NCBI GenBank assembly: GCA_039970335.1 | Contig: JBDVMC010000025.1 | Coordinates: 216,629-280,628 of the forward strand | Direction of reading: 5' to 3' | Length of the DNA stretch: 64,000 nt | Source: Henriciella sp. | GTDB taxonomy: Bacteria > Pseudomonadota > Alphaproteobacteria > Caulobacterales > Hyphomonadaceae | Part shown: positions 19,362-29,453 of the stretch, piece after piece | Numbering within the stretch: the first letter of the stretch is position 1 | Layout: every line of letters starts with the position of its first letter | Made by a program: the position numbers and the translations under genes | Notes under the pieces: model-generated | Told to the model about the DNA's origin: nothing | What the model saw: only the letters and a program-made list of their open reading frames with translations | Databases searched by the model: none

Positions 19362-19566
19362 TTCTTATCCACAGCCGTGCTTTACGCGCGCAACATTCAC
19401 CGCACTAACAGTACGTGCGCGTTGACCGGGACAAGCTTTCAAAAGCGGGAGCCCGGCGATGTCCCCCACCCGGCGAAGGCTCGCTCAGTGGGGCGCTACT
19501 GCTTTGTGTTGTGCTTTAGAGCGCTTATCTGTTCTGTCAGGATAGATTGGCAATAGGAGTGACGCG

Positions 19567-21006
19567 ATGTTTGACGCGCTAACAGACCGCTTAGGCGGGG
19601 TATTTGACGGACTTCTCGGGCGCGGCGCGCTGTCAGAGAAAGAGGTCACGGCTGCGCTCCGCGAAATCCGAGTGGCGCTGCTCGAAGCCGACGTCGCGCT
19701 TCCGGTCGTCAAAGAGTTCATCGCGTCGATCAAAGACGATGCGGTTGGCGAAGATGTCATCCGTTCGGTCAAGCCAGGTCAGCAAGTCGTCAAGATCGTT
19801 CATGATGGCTTGGTCAAGCTGCTAGGCGGCGAAGAAGCCGAAACCGGTCTTCGCGTTGATAACCCGCCCGCTGTGGTGATGATGGCCGGCCTACAAGGCT
19901 CTGGTAAGACCACTACAACCGGTAAGCTCGCCAAGCGCCTCTCAGAGCGCGACAAGAAAAAAGTCCTGCTCGCCTCGCTCGATACGCGCCGTCCAGCGGC
20001 GATGGAGCAGCTCGCCATCCTCGCCGATCAGTGCGGCGACGGTGTTTCCTCCCTCCCGATCATCAAAGACCAAAGCCCGGCCGAGATTGCCCGGCGCGCG
20101 CTCCAGGCGGCAAAGCTTGGCGGCTATGACGTGGTCTTCCTCGATACGGCAGGCCGGACCTCGATCGATGAGCAGATGATGGCTGAGGCGAGCGAGATCG
20201 CCAAGATCGCCTCGCCGAACGAAACCCTGCTGGTTGCGGACTCTCTGACTGGTCAGGACGCCGTTGAAACTGCGAGCCGCTTCCATGAGCGCCTGCCGCT
20301 GACCGGCCTGATCCTCACTCGGATGGATGGTGATGGGCGCGGCGGTGCAGCGCTCTCTATGCGCGCGGTCACTGGCCTTCCGATTAAGTTCCTCGGCACC
20401 GGCGAAAAACTAGACGGGCTCGACGCGTTTGATGCCAAGCGTCTCGCCGGACGTATCCTGGGCCAGGGCGACATTGTTTCGCTGGTTGAAAAAGCTGGCG
20501 ACCAGATGGACGCCGACAAAGCTGAGAAGATGGCCAAGAAAATGGCCAAGGGGCAGTTCGATCTGGACGACCTCGCGCAGCAGCTTCAGCAAATGCAGAA
20601 AATGGGCGGCCTAGGCGGCATTATGGGCATGTTGCCCGGCGCCAAGAAAGCCAAACAGGCGCTCGATGCGTCTGGCATGGACGATAAAGTGATCCTGCGC
20701 CAAGGCGCGATCATCTCTTCAATGACCAAGAAAGAGCGCGCCAAACCTGCGCTCCTTAATGCTTCTCGCCGCAAGCGGATTGCCGCGGGCGCGGGCGTCA
20801 CCGTGCAGGACGTCAATCGCGTCTTGAAAATGCACAAGCAGATGGCTGGCATGATGAAAAAAATGTCCAAGGGCGGCATGAAGGGCATGATGAACATGAT
20901 GGGCCAGGCGGGCGTATCGCCAACGGACCTCGCCAAAATGGGCGGCGGCGGCGCGATGCCAGGCGGGATGCCGAACATTCCTGGCCTTGGAGGACCGAAG
21001 AAGTGA
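19567..21006 (+). CDS. ffh: signal recognition particle protein Ffh
   Basis: MFDALTDRL N-terminus, GLQGSGKTTT P-loop, DTAGR, Met-rich M domain. Confidence 0.97.
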   Translation: MFDALTDRLGGVFDGLLGRGALSEKEVTAALREIRVALLEADVALPVVKEFIASIKDDAVGEDVIRSVKPGQQVVKIVHDGLVKLLGGEEAETGLRVDNPPAVVMMAGLQGSGKTTTTGKLAKRLSERDKKKVLLASLDTRRPAAMEQLAILADQCGDGVSSLPIIKDQSPAEIARRALQAAKLGGYDVVFLDTAGRTSIDEQMMAEASEIAKIASPNETLLVADSLTGQDAVETASRFHERLPLTGLILTRMDGDGRGGAALSMRAVTGLPIKFLGTGEKLDGLDAFDAKRLAGRILGQGDIVSLVEKAGDQMDADKAEKMAKKMAKGQFDLDDLAQQLQQMQKMGGLGGIMGMLPGAKKAKQALDASGMDDKVILRQGAIISSMTKKERAKPALLNASRRKRIAAGAGVTVQDVNRVLKMHKQMAGMMKKMSKGGMKGMMNMMGQAGVSPTDLAKMGGGGAMPGGMPNIPGLGGPKK

Positions 21007-21317
21007 CCTCCCCAACCGATAAACTCGCTCAGTACCGCTCAAGCATCGACAATCTCGATGCTATCCTGCTGCACACGCTGGCGGAGCGCTTCAAAGTCAC
21101 CCAAGCCGTTGGCCAGCTGAAAGCCGAGCATGATATGCCGCCCGCCGACAAAGCGCGCGAAGCCCGGCAGATCGATCGCCTGCGTAGCCTCGCCGAAGAG
21201 AGCAATCTCGACCCGGTCTTTGCCGAAAAATTTCTGAATTTCATCGTGGCTGAAGTCATTCGCCATCACGAAAAAATTAGGGGTTCCACCCCGAACCCCG
21301 AGACGCCGAACACTTAG
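21003..21317 (+). CDS. chorismate mutase (AroQ class)
   Basis: [30 protein letters not shown] pattern; 104 aa; overlaps the ffh stop. Confidence 0.8.
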   Translation: MTSPTDKLAQYRSSIDNLDAILLHTLAERFKVTQAVGQLKAEHDMPPADKAREARQIDRLRSLAEESNLDPVFAEKFLNFIVAEVIRHHEKIRGSTPNPETPNT

Positions 21318-21327
21318 GAGTACACAC

Positions 21328-21867
21328 ATGGCCCTCAAAATCAGACTCGCCCGCGGCGGGTCAAAAAAACGTCCATTCTATAGCGTTGTTATTGCTGACA
21401 GCCGCATGCCACGCGATGGCCGTTTCATCGAAAAAATTGGCCGGTATGACCCGCGCCAACCAAAAGACAGCGAAAATCGCGTCCAGATTGACGGCGTAAA
21501 AGCTGCTGAATGGATCAAGAAAGGCGCCAAGCCAACCGATCGCGTTGCCCGCTTCCTGAACCAGATGACGCTCGAAGGCGAAAAAGCCCCGATCTATGGC
21601 TGGACCGCGAGCAACAACCCACAAAAGGGTACGCCTGGCGACAAAGCCAAAGAGCGCGCTGAAGAAAAAGTCGAAAAAGCCGCCGCACGCAAAGAAGCAG
21701 AAAAAGAAGCTAAAGAAGCTGCCAAGGCTGAAAAAGAAGCCGCTAAGGAAGCTGCGAAAGCCGAAAAAGAAGCTGCGAAGGCTGAAGCTGAAGCGCCTGC
21801 AGAGGAAGCCCCAGCAGAAGAAGCACCGGCCGAAGAGGCTGCTGCCGAAGAAGAGAAGTCTGAATAG
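21328..21867 (+). CDS. rpsP: 30S ribosomal protein S16 with a long Lys/Ala/Glu-rich C-terminal extension
   Basis: [40 protein letters not shown] core. The tail of roughly 75 aa contains AEKEAAK and APAEE repeats. Confidence 0.95.
   Translation: MALKIRLARGGSKKRPFYSVVIADSRMPRDGRFIEKIGRYDPRQPKDSENRVQIDGVKAAEWIKKGAKPTDRVARFLNQMTLEGEKAPIYGWTASNNPQKGTPGDKAKERAEEKVEKAAARKEAEKEAKEAAKAEKEAAKEAAKAEKEAAKAEAEAPAEEAPAEEAPAEEAAAEEEKSE
21691..21858 (+). repeat. imperfect in-frame tandem repeats encoding (A/E)EKEAAK and APAEE units
   Basis: Reiterated gaaaaagaagc(t/c)gc(t/g)aa(g/a)g.. and gaagaagc.cc.gc. units, visible directly in the sequence. Confidence 0.7.
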
Positions 21868-21893
21868 GCTTTTCGGTCTTCCGAAATTTCAAG

Positions 21894-21927
21894 AAAAGCC
21901 CTGGGCCAATGGTCTGGGGCTTTTTTT
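21894..21927 (+). terminator. rho-independent terminator after rpsP
   Basis: aaagccc...ggggc stem followed by ttttttt. Confidence 0.7.
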
Positions 21928-21973
21928 ATGCGCGGACTTGTCAATCAGACACACTTGTGGATTAGCCTGTTCG

Positions 21974-22495
21974 ATGACCGATCTATCTCTACTGCGTTCT
22001 ACTGAGGCCTCCGCGCAAACGCTCACATATTTGTGGGCGGCGACGTTTCGCGAGGCCTATGCAGACGTGCATAGCGCGGCGAGCCTCTCGGCCTATTGCG
22101 ACAGCAATTTCACTCTAAGCGCCGCAACCGCAGCGCTCGCGGATGAAGACACGATTTGCAAGATCGCTGGACAGATCGAGGCGCCGAAGGGCTTTTACGT
22201 GCTCACCCGAAAAACCTGCCCGATTGGCACGAAACGTCCAGCCTGCGAGTTGAAACAGATTTATTTGCTCGCGCCTGCCTATGGCACCGGGCTTGGAAAA
22301 GTCTTGTTTGAAGACGCTATTGGCGAAGCGGGTAAGATGGGCGCGAAACAGCTCTGGCTCAGTGTTTCGAATGTAAACATGAGGGCGCAGAGATTTTACG
22401 AGAAACGCGGCTTTGAGCATGCTGGGCCGGGATCAGATTTTCATGTCGGAACAGATATACTGACCTCGAGTATTCTCACCTTACAGTTGGACTAA
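21974..22495 (+). CDS. GNAT family N-acetyltransferase
   Basis: QIYLLAPAYGTGLGKVLFEDAI...RAQRFYEKRGFE motifs. Start at ATG 21974. The upstream part of ORF 21596.. is the out-of-frame read-through of the rpsP repeat. Confidence 0.8.
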   Translation: MTDLSLLRSTEASAQTLTYLWAATFREAYADVHSAASLSAYCDSNFTLSAATAALADEDTICKIAGQIEAPKGFYVLTRKTCPIGTKRPACELKQIYLLAPAYGTGLGKVLFEDAIGEAGKMGAKQLWLSVSNVNMRAQRFYEKRGFEHAGPGSDFHVGTDILTSSILTLQLD

Positions 22496-22983
22496 TCCGC
22501 CAAAAACTCCGCCAGCGCTTCGATCTCTTCTAGCCCATCATGCATGGCTTTTTGCTGATCGGGAGACACCAGATCGTCCAGGACGGGTTGCGTCAGGATC
22601 AAATGCCGGATCGTCTGACTGGCCACTGACAATCCCCGCGCAAGCGTATCCTGGCTGAAAAACCAGGTCAGACCGCGCGGATGCATGAATGTGTTTCGCG
22701 CCTCGACCAATCGATCAAAGCTCTGCCGGGTCGCCGCTCCGAAGGGCAAGGTGAAAGGCGGTGGCAATCGGTCTTTCGAAGCGGCTCTCAACAAAAGCTC
22801 GGTCGCGCCGGCCTGCGAGGGAATACTATCTCCGGCCGCTCGCAAGGCGATTGCAGCCGCCTGCTGCGCGCCGAGCACCGTCGCGGTCACCAACCAAGGC
22901 GCAGAGGCCGCATCGTCCGGATATTGCCGGGCATGCGTCGCGGCCAAGCGAACTGTTTCTGCTAGGGCCGTCTCAGGCGTCAT
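22492..22983 (-). CDS. hypothetical protein
   Basis: 163-aa ORF coupled by a 4-nt overlap to the M28 peptidase gene; Ala/Leu-rich helical; no family recognised. Confidence 0.5.
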   Translation of the reverse strand: MTPETALAETVRLAATHARQYPDDAASAPWLVTATVLGAQQAAAIALRAAGDSIPSQAGATELLLRAASKDRLPPPFTLPFGAATRQSFDRLVEARNTFMHPRGLTWFFSQDTLARGLSVASQTIRHLILTQPVLDDLVSPDQQKAMHDGLEEIEALAEFLAD

Positions 22984-24401
22984 TCCGTCCCTGGCGCCTC
23001 AAGTTCGGGTTGCGCTCGGAAATCCCAGCCTGTCTCCGCCGCGATATAGGTGAAAGCGGCATAGACAGCGACGTTCTGGCGAAACTCATCGGGGTCAATC
23101 TTGTCGAACGTATCGTCCGGCGTGTGATGGTAATCGAAATAGTCCATGCCGTTTTGACCAGGCGTCACCACCGGCACACCAGCGCGCGCGAGAATCCCGA
23201 TGTCGGGACCGCCAAAAGAGCGATTATCATCCGGGGTCACACCAAGCGGCATAAGCAGAGCCTGGATTGTGCGGGCATAAGGCAGAGCCGCCTCCCCGAA
23301 CCGCGTTTGGAAACGCCAGACGGGTCCAGCTCCAAAGTCGCTTTCAGCCGCGAGCACGTGCTTGTCGAGATCATCGCCATGCTCGCGCGCATAGGCGGTT
23401 GCGCCGAACAGACCAACTTCCTCGGCGCCATACAGCACCACACGGATCGTCCGGCGTGGGCGTTCCGGCAGGTTCGCGATCAACATTGCTGCGCCAACCA
23501 CAATTCCGCAGCCAGCGCCGTCATCTAGGGCGCCCGTGCCAAGGTCCCAGCTATCGAGGTGGCAACCGATCAAGACGATTTCATCCTGGAGGTCGGTTCC
23601 CGTCAGTTCGGCGATCACATTGCCAGACGGGGCATTGGTTTTGATCTCGGTCTGAATGTTGACCGAGACCGTCACCGCACTGCGCTCAAGCAAGCGGGTT
23701 AGCTGATCGGCATCAGGCCCGGAAATTGCGGCAACCGGGCCAGCGCCCTCTGCGCCATCGCGGGCCATAATGCCGGTATGTGGCATGCGGTGCGGCTGTG
23801 TCCCCACAGATCGGATCAGACAGGCCAATGCGCCTTTGTCTGAAGCCGCTTGCGCGCACTGGCTGCGTTTACGCACAGCCATGCCATATCCAGAGCCATC
23901 CATGGTCTTGATCATGGTCTCATCGATGAAGACAATCTTGCCATCGACCTGAGAGATCGGCGCGGCTTGCAATGCCGCGAGGTTTGCAAACCGGACCACT
24001 TCACCCGAGACGCCCTTTTTAGGCGTCGGTGCAGATCCGCCAAGCGCGGTCGCGACCAAGGGCTGTGGGCTTGGAGAGACAACCGAGACGGCTTCGGATT
24101 TACGCGACCAGAACGGGATTTCGAACGGCTCTATGCGCACTTGGTCGAAGCCAAGCTCAGAAAGCTCTGCAACAGACCAATCGCGGGCTTTCGCCTCTGA
24201 CTCAGATCCAGCAAGGCGTTGCCCAACTTCGGTGGTCAGATCTTCAACAAAGCCTAAGCCAACCTCATCTTTTTCGGCCTGAGCGATGAGCACTTTCACC
24301 GTACTCTCAATCTCTGGTGCAAGGTCTGCCGCTTCTTGGCTTAAGCCAAGCAAAGGCAGCAAACTCGACGCGAGTCCCGCAGCAATCATGCGCTTGAACA
24401 T
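22980..24401 (-). CDS. M28 family metallopeptidase with PA domain (exported aminopeptidase)
   Basis: Signal peptide; HLDSWDLGTGALDDGAG and YGAEEVGLFG zinc-ligand motifs. Confidence 0.85.
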   Translation of the reverse strand: MFKRMIAAGLASSLLPLLGLSQEAADLAPEIESTVKVLIAQAEKDEVGLGFVEDLTTEVGQRLAGSESEAKARDWSVAELSELGFDQVRIEPFEIPFWSRKSEAVSVVSPSPQPLVATALGGSAPTPKKGVSGEVVRFANLAALQAAPISQVDGKIVFIDETMIKTMDGSGYGMAVRKRSQCAQAASDKGALACLIRSVGTQPHRMPHTGIMARDGAEGAGPVAAISGPDADQLTRLLERSAVTVSVNIQTEIKTNAPSGNVIAELTGTDLQDEIVLIGCHLDSWDLGTGALDDGAGCGIVVGAAMLIANLPERPRRTIRVVLYGAEEVGLFGATAYAREHGDDLDKHVLAAESDFGAGPVWRFQTRFGEAALPYARTIQALLMPLGVTPDDNRSFGGPDIGILARAGVPVVTPGQNGMDYFDYHHTPDDTFDKIDPDEFRQNVAVYAAFTYIAAETGWDFRAQPELEAPGTE

Positions 24402-24488
24402 GGTAAATCTCTCCCAAGGTTATCGGGAGAGATTAGTAGAATTTGCTACAGCGTCCAGCGTTAATGGGCGTATGTTGCGCGTCCTGGC

Positions 24489-25091
24489 TCAAGCAGCCAA
24501 GGCTTCGATGGCTTGACGTGCGCTAGCGATCTTTTCGTCTCCGCCAGCCATCAGCTGATCAGCGGCAATGACCGACACATCATGAATCCCCAAAAATCCA
24601 AGCACGTGGCGGACATACGGCGTCGCGAAATCTATATCAGATCCAGATGCCGTGCCGCCCGATGCGATAACGAGATAGGCTTTCTTATCCTCAAGCAGAC
24701 CGACCGGCCCATTCTCAGTATATTTGAACGTCTTGCGGGCGCGAGCGACGAGGTCAATCCAGGCTTTGAAAGCAGCAGGAACACCGAAATTATAGATTGG
24801 AACTCCTAGAACGATCGTATCGGCGGCCTCAAGCTCAGCGATCAAAGTGTCCGAGAGCGCGAGCGTATCCTGTTGGGCCGGTGTCCGGGCTTCATCCGGG
24901 GTGAAGTTTGCGCCAACCCAATTCTCGGTCAGGAACGGCGGTGCTTCGACACCGATATCGCGCGTCACCACTTGGGTATCAGCGCTTGAAAGGCGCTCGA
25001 CAAAAGCCTGGCTGAGCGAACGGGTGATCGATCCGTCAGTGCGAGCGGACGAGTCTATGTGAAGAATGTTACGGGCCAAAGATGCCTCCAT
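24489..25091 (-). CDS. azoR: FMN-dependent NADH-azoreductase
   Basis: ILHIDSSAR...S.TRSL N-terminus, PIYNFGVPAAFKAWIDLV, and 200 aa are typical of AzoR. Confidence 0.9.
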   Translation of the reverse strand: MEASLARNILHIDSSARTDGSITRSLSQAFVERLSSADTQVVTRDIGVEAPPFLTENWVGANFTPDEARTPAQQDTLALSDTLIAELEAADTIVLGVPIYNFGVPAAFKAWIDLVARARKTFKYTENGPVGLLEDKKAYLVIASGGTASGSDIDFATPYVRHVLGFLGIHDVSVIAADQLMAGGDEKIASARQAIEALAA

Positions 25092-25175
25092 ATTTGCAAT
25101 GCAAACGAGGTGGACCTTCGACCCGCATTCTAACAGATCTAATTGTCGGCAAACACTTATGCCGATTTTGAATAA

Positions 25176-25769
25176 TTACGGGGCGACCGGCGCACCTTGA
25201 TTGATCAAAGCAACCAATTGCGGAATGCCTTCAGTCGGAGGACGATCTTTAAAGCCCTCTTCTTTCTGGACCCCGGAAACTTCCCCATCGGCGCTGATAT
25301 AAACAATCGCAGGGTGCGGAATACCGTCAAACCGGCTGCCAGCCGTAACCTCCTCATTGCGCAGACCGAACGCATCAATCGTGACGGAATCTGTGTCGGA
25401 CAGGAATGTATATGACAGCGACTTTTCAGACGCGAATGCGGCCAGCGTCTCAGGCGCATCATAAGTTAGCAGATTGAGGCTCCAACCTGCCGCGTCCAGT
25501 TCCGCGGTGATCGTCTCAAGCTCAAGAGCTTGAGCTTTGCAGTAAGGACACCAATCGAGTGAACGACTGAACACAATGACTGCGCCGTGTTCGCCGGTGA
25601 TCCCGGCCAAGTCCACCGCTTCGCCAGCACTTGTCAGGGCAGTAACGGTCGGCGCCACCGTACCGGCTTCAACGCAGACCATCGATGTCGTGCCATCACT
25701 ATGGTCATCTGCATTTGCGATTGCGCCTGTCATCAACATCGCTGATGCGGCTATCAAAGAACGAAACAT
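25176..25769 (-). CDS. exported thioredoxin-fold peroxiredoxin/redoxin (AhpC/TSA family)
   Basis: Signal peptide and WCPYC motif. Start moved to ATG 25769, preceded by AAGGAGGG. The ORF opens at 25793. Confidence 0.8.
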   Translation of the reverse strand: MFRSLIAASAMLMTGAIANADDHSDGTTSMVCVEAGTVAPTVTALTSAGEAVDLAGITGEHGAVIVFSRSLDWCPYCKAQALELETITAELDAAGWSLNLLTYDAPETLAAFASEKSLSYTFLSDTDSVTIDAFGLRNEEVTAGSRFDGIPHPAIVYISADGEVSGVQKEEGFKDRPPTEGIPQLVALINQGAPVAP

Positions 25770-25874
25770 GAGAACGACCCTCCTTAGGTCCATCTTTGCG
25801 TCGTCTCTATATGGGCGACGGGCCTGTGAATAGGGAGCTCACAGGCCTGTGATGTGAGTTTGATCAACCTCCAG

Positions 25875-25912
25875 TTAAACGAAAGCCGCCGCCACGCAAA
25901 GGCGGCGACGGC
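25875..25912 (-). terminator. rho-independent terminator after mdh
   Basis: On the minus strand: gccgtcgccgcc / ggcggcggc stem followed by tttcgttt. Confidence 0.75.
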
Positions 25913-25933
25913 ATTGAAACTCAGCGCTGAGCG

Positions 25934-27028
<1,095 letters not shown>

Positions 27029-27030
27029 CT

Positions 27031-27489
27031 ATGATACCTCGCGCACAAAAATCCCCCGTTCCGCTCGATATTTGTCACCTGGCCAAGGCTATAGAAGCGG
27101 TTGGTGATCGCTGGACACTCCTCATTTTGCGAGCCGCTCTATTTGGCGTCCGCCGGTTCGACGACTTTCAAAAGGAATTGAGCATTCCCCGTACGGTTCT
27201 GTCAGGCCGGTTGGCAAAGCTGGTCGAGGCGGATGTGCTGACCAAGAAAGCTTACAAAGAGGACGGAAAGCGCGCGCGTCCGGAATATCTGCTGACAGAT
27301 GGCGGCGAAGCGCTTCGTCCGGTGTTCATGGCGCTGACCCAATGGGGAGATGAGTGGGCCAGCGACGGTGCGCCGCCGCCAATTTCCTTCACGCACGCCA
27401 AAAGCCGCCAAAAGGTTCGGCCTGCTTTTGTTGATGAAGATGGACGTGAAGCGCGGATGAAAGATACGCGCGTTTCGCTGCGCCGCTAG
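27031..27489 (+). CDS. HxlR family transcriptional regulator
   Basis: CHLAKAIEAVGDRWTLLILR...F.DFQKELSIPRTVLSGRLAKLVEADVL. Start at ATG 27031, after AGAGG. Confidence 0.85.
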   Translation: MIPRAQKSPVPLDICHLAKAIEAVGDRWTLLILRAALFGVRRFDDFQKELSIPRTVLSGRLAKLVEADVLTKKAYKEDGKRARPEYLLTDGGEALRPVFMALTQWGDEWASDGAPPPISFTHAKSRQKVRPAFVDEDGREARMKDTRVSLRR

Positions 27490-28031
27490 CGAGCTTTGCC
27501 CCAAACACGGAGCGGATCAAAAGCGCCGGTTTCAGCCGCCTTCTGGAGTTGCGCGAGTTGATCTCCGACCGGGCTGCCTGAATCCACCAAGCCGCCGCCA
27601 TAGATTGCCTGATCTAATCGACAGATGCGTTCAAACAGGTTCTCTGAACGATCAACCAGATCGAGGAAAACGTCCGGCAAACCGCGTCCGCGCTGCGCAC
27701 TAGCATCTAGTGCTGGGTCTTCACGGCTGATCCGATATTTAGACTGGGTCGCATCCGCGGGGGGCATATCCCCGTCGCGAACCGCCTTTTGCATGACGAG
27801 CCAACTGGCGGCTTGCATCAGGCGTGTTGTTAGTTCCATGCTCCAGGCGGCATAGGTCAGGCTCGCCTCTCGTGGCAGGCTGGAGGAGAGTTTCCGACCC
27901 GGGCCATCAAGGTATGATGCGGTTTCTTCGACCAGCGCCATGCCATCAACAAAGACCTTCTCGAACACTTTGCCATCGGTAAATGACAGGTCCGTGAGCG
28001 AGGGTGTCGGGGTTTTCGACTGATCAGCCAT
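27486..28031 (-). CDS. DUF1465 family protein (RcdA-like regulator of CtrA degradation)
   Basis: Size and helical pattern (ALVEETASYLDG...AAWSMELTTRLMQAASWLVMQKAV) match my recollection of DUF1465/RcdA; not verified by search. Confidence 0.6.
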   Translation of the reverse strand: MADQSKTPTPSLTDLSFTDGKVFEKVFVDGMALVEETASYLDGPGRKLSSSLPREASLTYAAWSMELTTRLMQAASWLVMQKAVRDGDMPPADATQSKYRISREDPALDASAQRGRGLPDVFLDLVDRSENLFERICRLDQAIYGGGLVDSGSPVGDQLAQLQKAAETGAFDPLRVWGKAR

Positions 28032-28096
28032 GCGTGAGCAACTTCCAGAATTGACGGTTCTGCGCAGACTCTACTTCTGCGCGTCCTTAAAAGATC

Positions 28097-28273
28097 TTAA
28101 TCACTCCCACCAAAAAGTGCATCAGCTGCAGATTTATGTGACTGCTTTTTGTTGAGTTCCGCTTCGCAGGCGGCGATTTCGGCCTTTAATTCTTCAATCC
28201 GTTCCTGAAGATCTTCGACGGATAACCGCTCCAAATCGAGTTTCTTTTCTGGAATTGGCTCATCTTCAAACAT
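28097..28273 (-). CDS. DUF1192 domain small coiled-coil protein
   Basis: MFEDEPIPEKKLDLERLSVEDLQERIEELKAEIAACEAEL is typical of DUF1192. Start at the internal ATG 28273 of ORF 28097..28429. Confidence 0.7.
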   Translation of the reverse strand: MFEDEPIPEKKLDLERLSVEDLQERIEELKAEIAACEAELNKKQSHKSAADALFGGSD

Positions 28274-28344
28274 GGTTTGCCCTTTCCCTAGTGGGGTCCT
28301 CAACTCTATGTAAGCAAGAACACGAAAACAAACAGGAGTGTCAA

Positions 28345-29328
28345 ATGGGCGAGACAATGTGGGCCGTAGTGGTGACAGACGATCAACCGTTGAAAATAGG
28401 TCAGGTTGAAAAGCCCGCATGTGGTCCAAACGATGTCCTCGTTGAAGTGATGACAGCCGGATTGAACCGCGCAGACCTTGTTCAACGCATGGGACTGTAT
28501 CCGCCGCCTCCTGGGGCCTCAGAAATTATGGGCCTTGAGTGCGCCGGTACCGTAGTTGCGGTCGGATCTGACGTCTCTGACTGGGCCATTGGCGACCGCG
28601 TTTGCGGCCTATTGGCGGGCGGCGGCTATGCTGAGTTCACGCTGATTGATCAGGGGTCTTTGTTCAAGATCCCAGACGGTATGAGCTTCAATGAGGCCGG
28701 CGCCCTGCCCGAAGTGATGATGACGGTCTGGGCGAACATTTTTGACCGTTGCCAGTTCAAACCGGGCGAGGCCGTGCTGATCCATGGCGGAACCAGCGGG
28801 ATCGGCACGATGGCAATCCAGATGCTGAAAACCGCTGGGGCCTCGAAAATCATGATCACAGCTGGCACGGCCGAGAAGTGCCGATACGCCGAATCACTCG
28901 GCGCTGATGTCGCGATCAATTATCGCGAAGATGATTTTGAGCAGGCCGTTCGCGAAGCCGGCGGCGCCGACATCATCCTGGATATGGTTGGCGGCGATTA
29001 TGTGCAGAAAAATATCTCTGTGGCGAAAGTCGGCGGGCGCATCGTCAACATTGCCTATATGCAGGGGCCAAAGGTCGAGCTGAACTTGCTGCCGCTTATG
29101 CTGAAACGCCTTATTTTAACGGGCACAACGCTGCGGGCCCGGCCCAATTCGGAGAAGCAGCGCATTCGCGATGCTGTACTCGCTGATTTCTGGCCGTCAG
29201 TGCTCTCAGGCGAGATTAAACCAGTGATTGATACCGTCTATTCTTTCGAGCAAGCCGAAACCGCGCAAGCGCATATGGGCAAAGGCGGACATATCGGGAA
29301 AATCTTACTCTCACGGCAGCAAAGTTAG
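28345..29328 (+). CDS. NAD(P)H:quinone oxidoreductase (PIG3/zeta-crystallin type MDR)
   Basis: GLNRADLVQRMGLYPPPPGAS..GLECAG and HGGTSGIGT motifs. ATG 28345 lies 7 nt after AGGAG. Confidence 0.85.
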   Translation: MGETMWAVVVTDDQPLKIGQVEKPACGPNDVLVEVMTAGLNRADLVQRMGLYPPPPGASEIMGLECAGTVVAVGSDVSDWAIGDRVCGLLAGGGYAEFTLIDQGSLFKIPDGMSFNEAGALPEVMMTVWANIFDRCQFKPGEAVLIHGGTSGIGTMAIQMLKTAGASKIMITAGTAEKCRYAESLGADVAINYREDDFEQAVREAGGADIILDMVGGDYVQKNISVAKVGGRIVNIAYMQGPKVELNLLPLMLKRLILTGTTLRARPNSEKQRIRDAVLADFWPSVLSGEIKPVIDTVYSFEQAETAQAHMGKGGHIGKILLSRQQS

Positions 29329-29392
29329 GCTTCCCTTGTCTCGCGGATAGGGCTATATCCAACGCGTTAGGTATTTATCGCCTGAATCCTGA

Positions 29393-29418
29393 CCGCCCGA
29401 GACCCCCGTCTCGGGCGG
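29393..29418 (+). terminator. GC-rich hairpin after the oxidoreductase gene (possible terminator)
   Basis: Perfect 11-bp stem ccgcccgagac / gtctcgggcgg with a cccc loop. The T-tract is weak (ctgcatttctgg). Confidence 0.45.
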
Positions 29419-29453
29419 CTGCATTTCTGGCGCCCATTTCAAGGAGCTTCCCC

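Noticed and set aside
19365-19373. Perfect DnaA box TTATCCACA about 200 bp upstream of ffh
   Set aside because: A single 9-mer is expected by chance roughly once in a window of this size when both strands are counted. There is no cluster of boxes and no adjacent AT-rich unwinding element.
21594-21944. Ala/Ser-rich 116-aa minus-strand ORF, and the Lys/Pro-rich N-terminal part of plus-strand ORF 21596..22495
   Set aside because: Both are alternative-frame readings of the rpsP tandem repeat. The GNAT domain begins only at ATG 21974, after the rpsP terminator.
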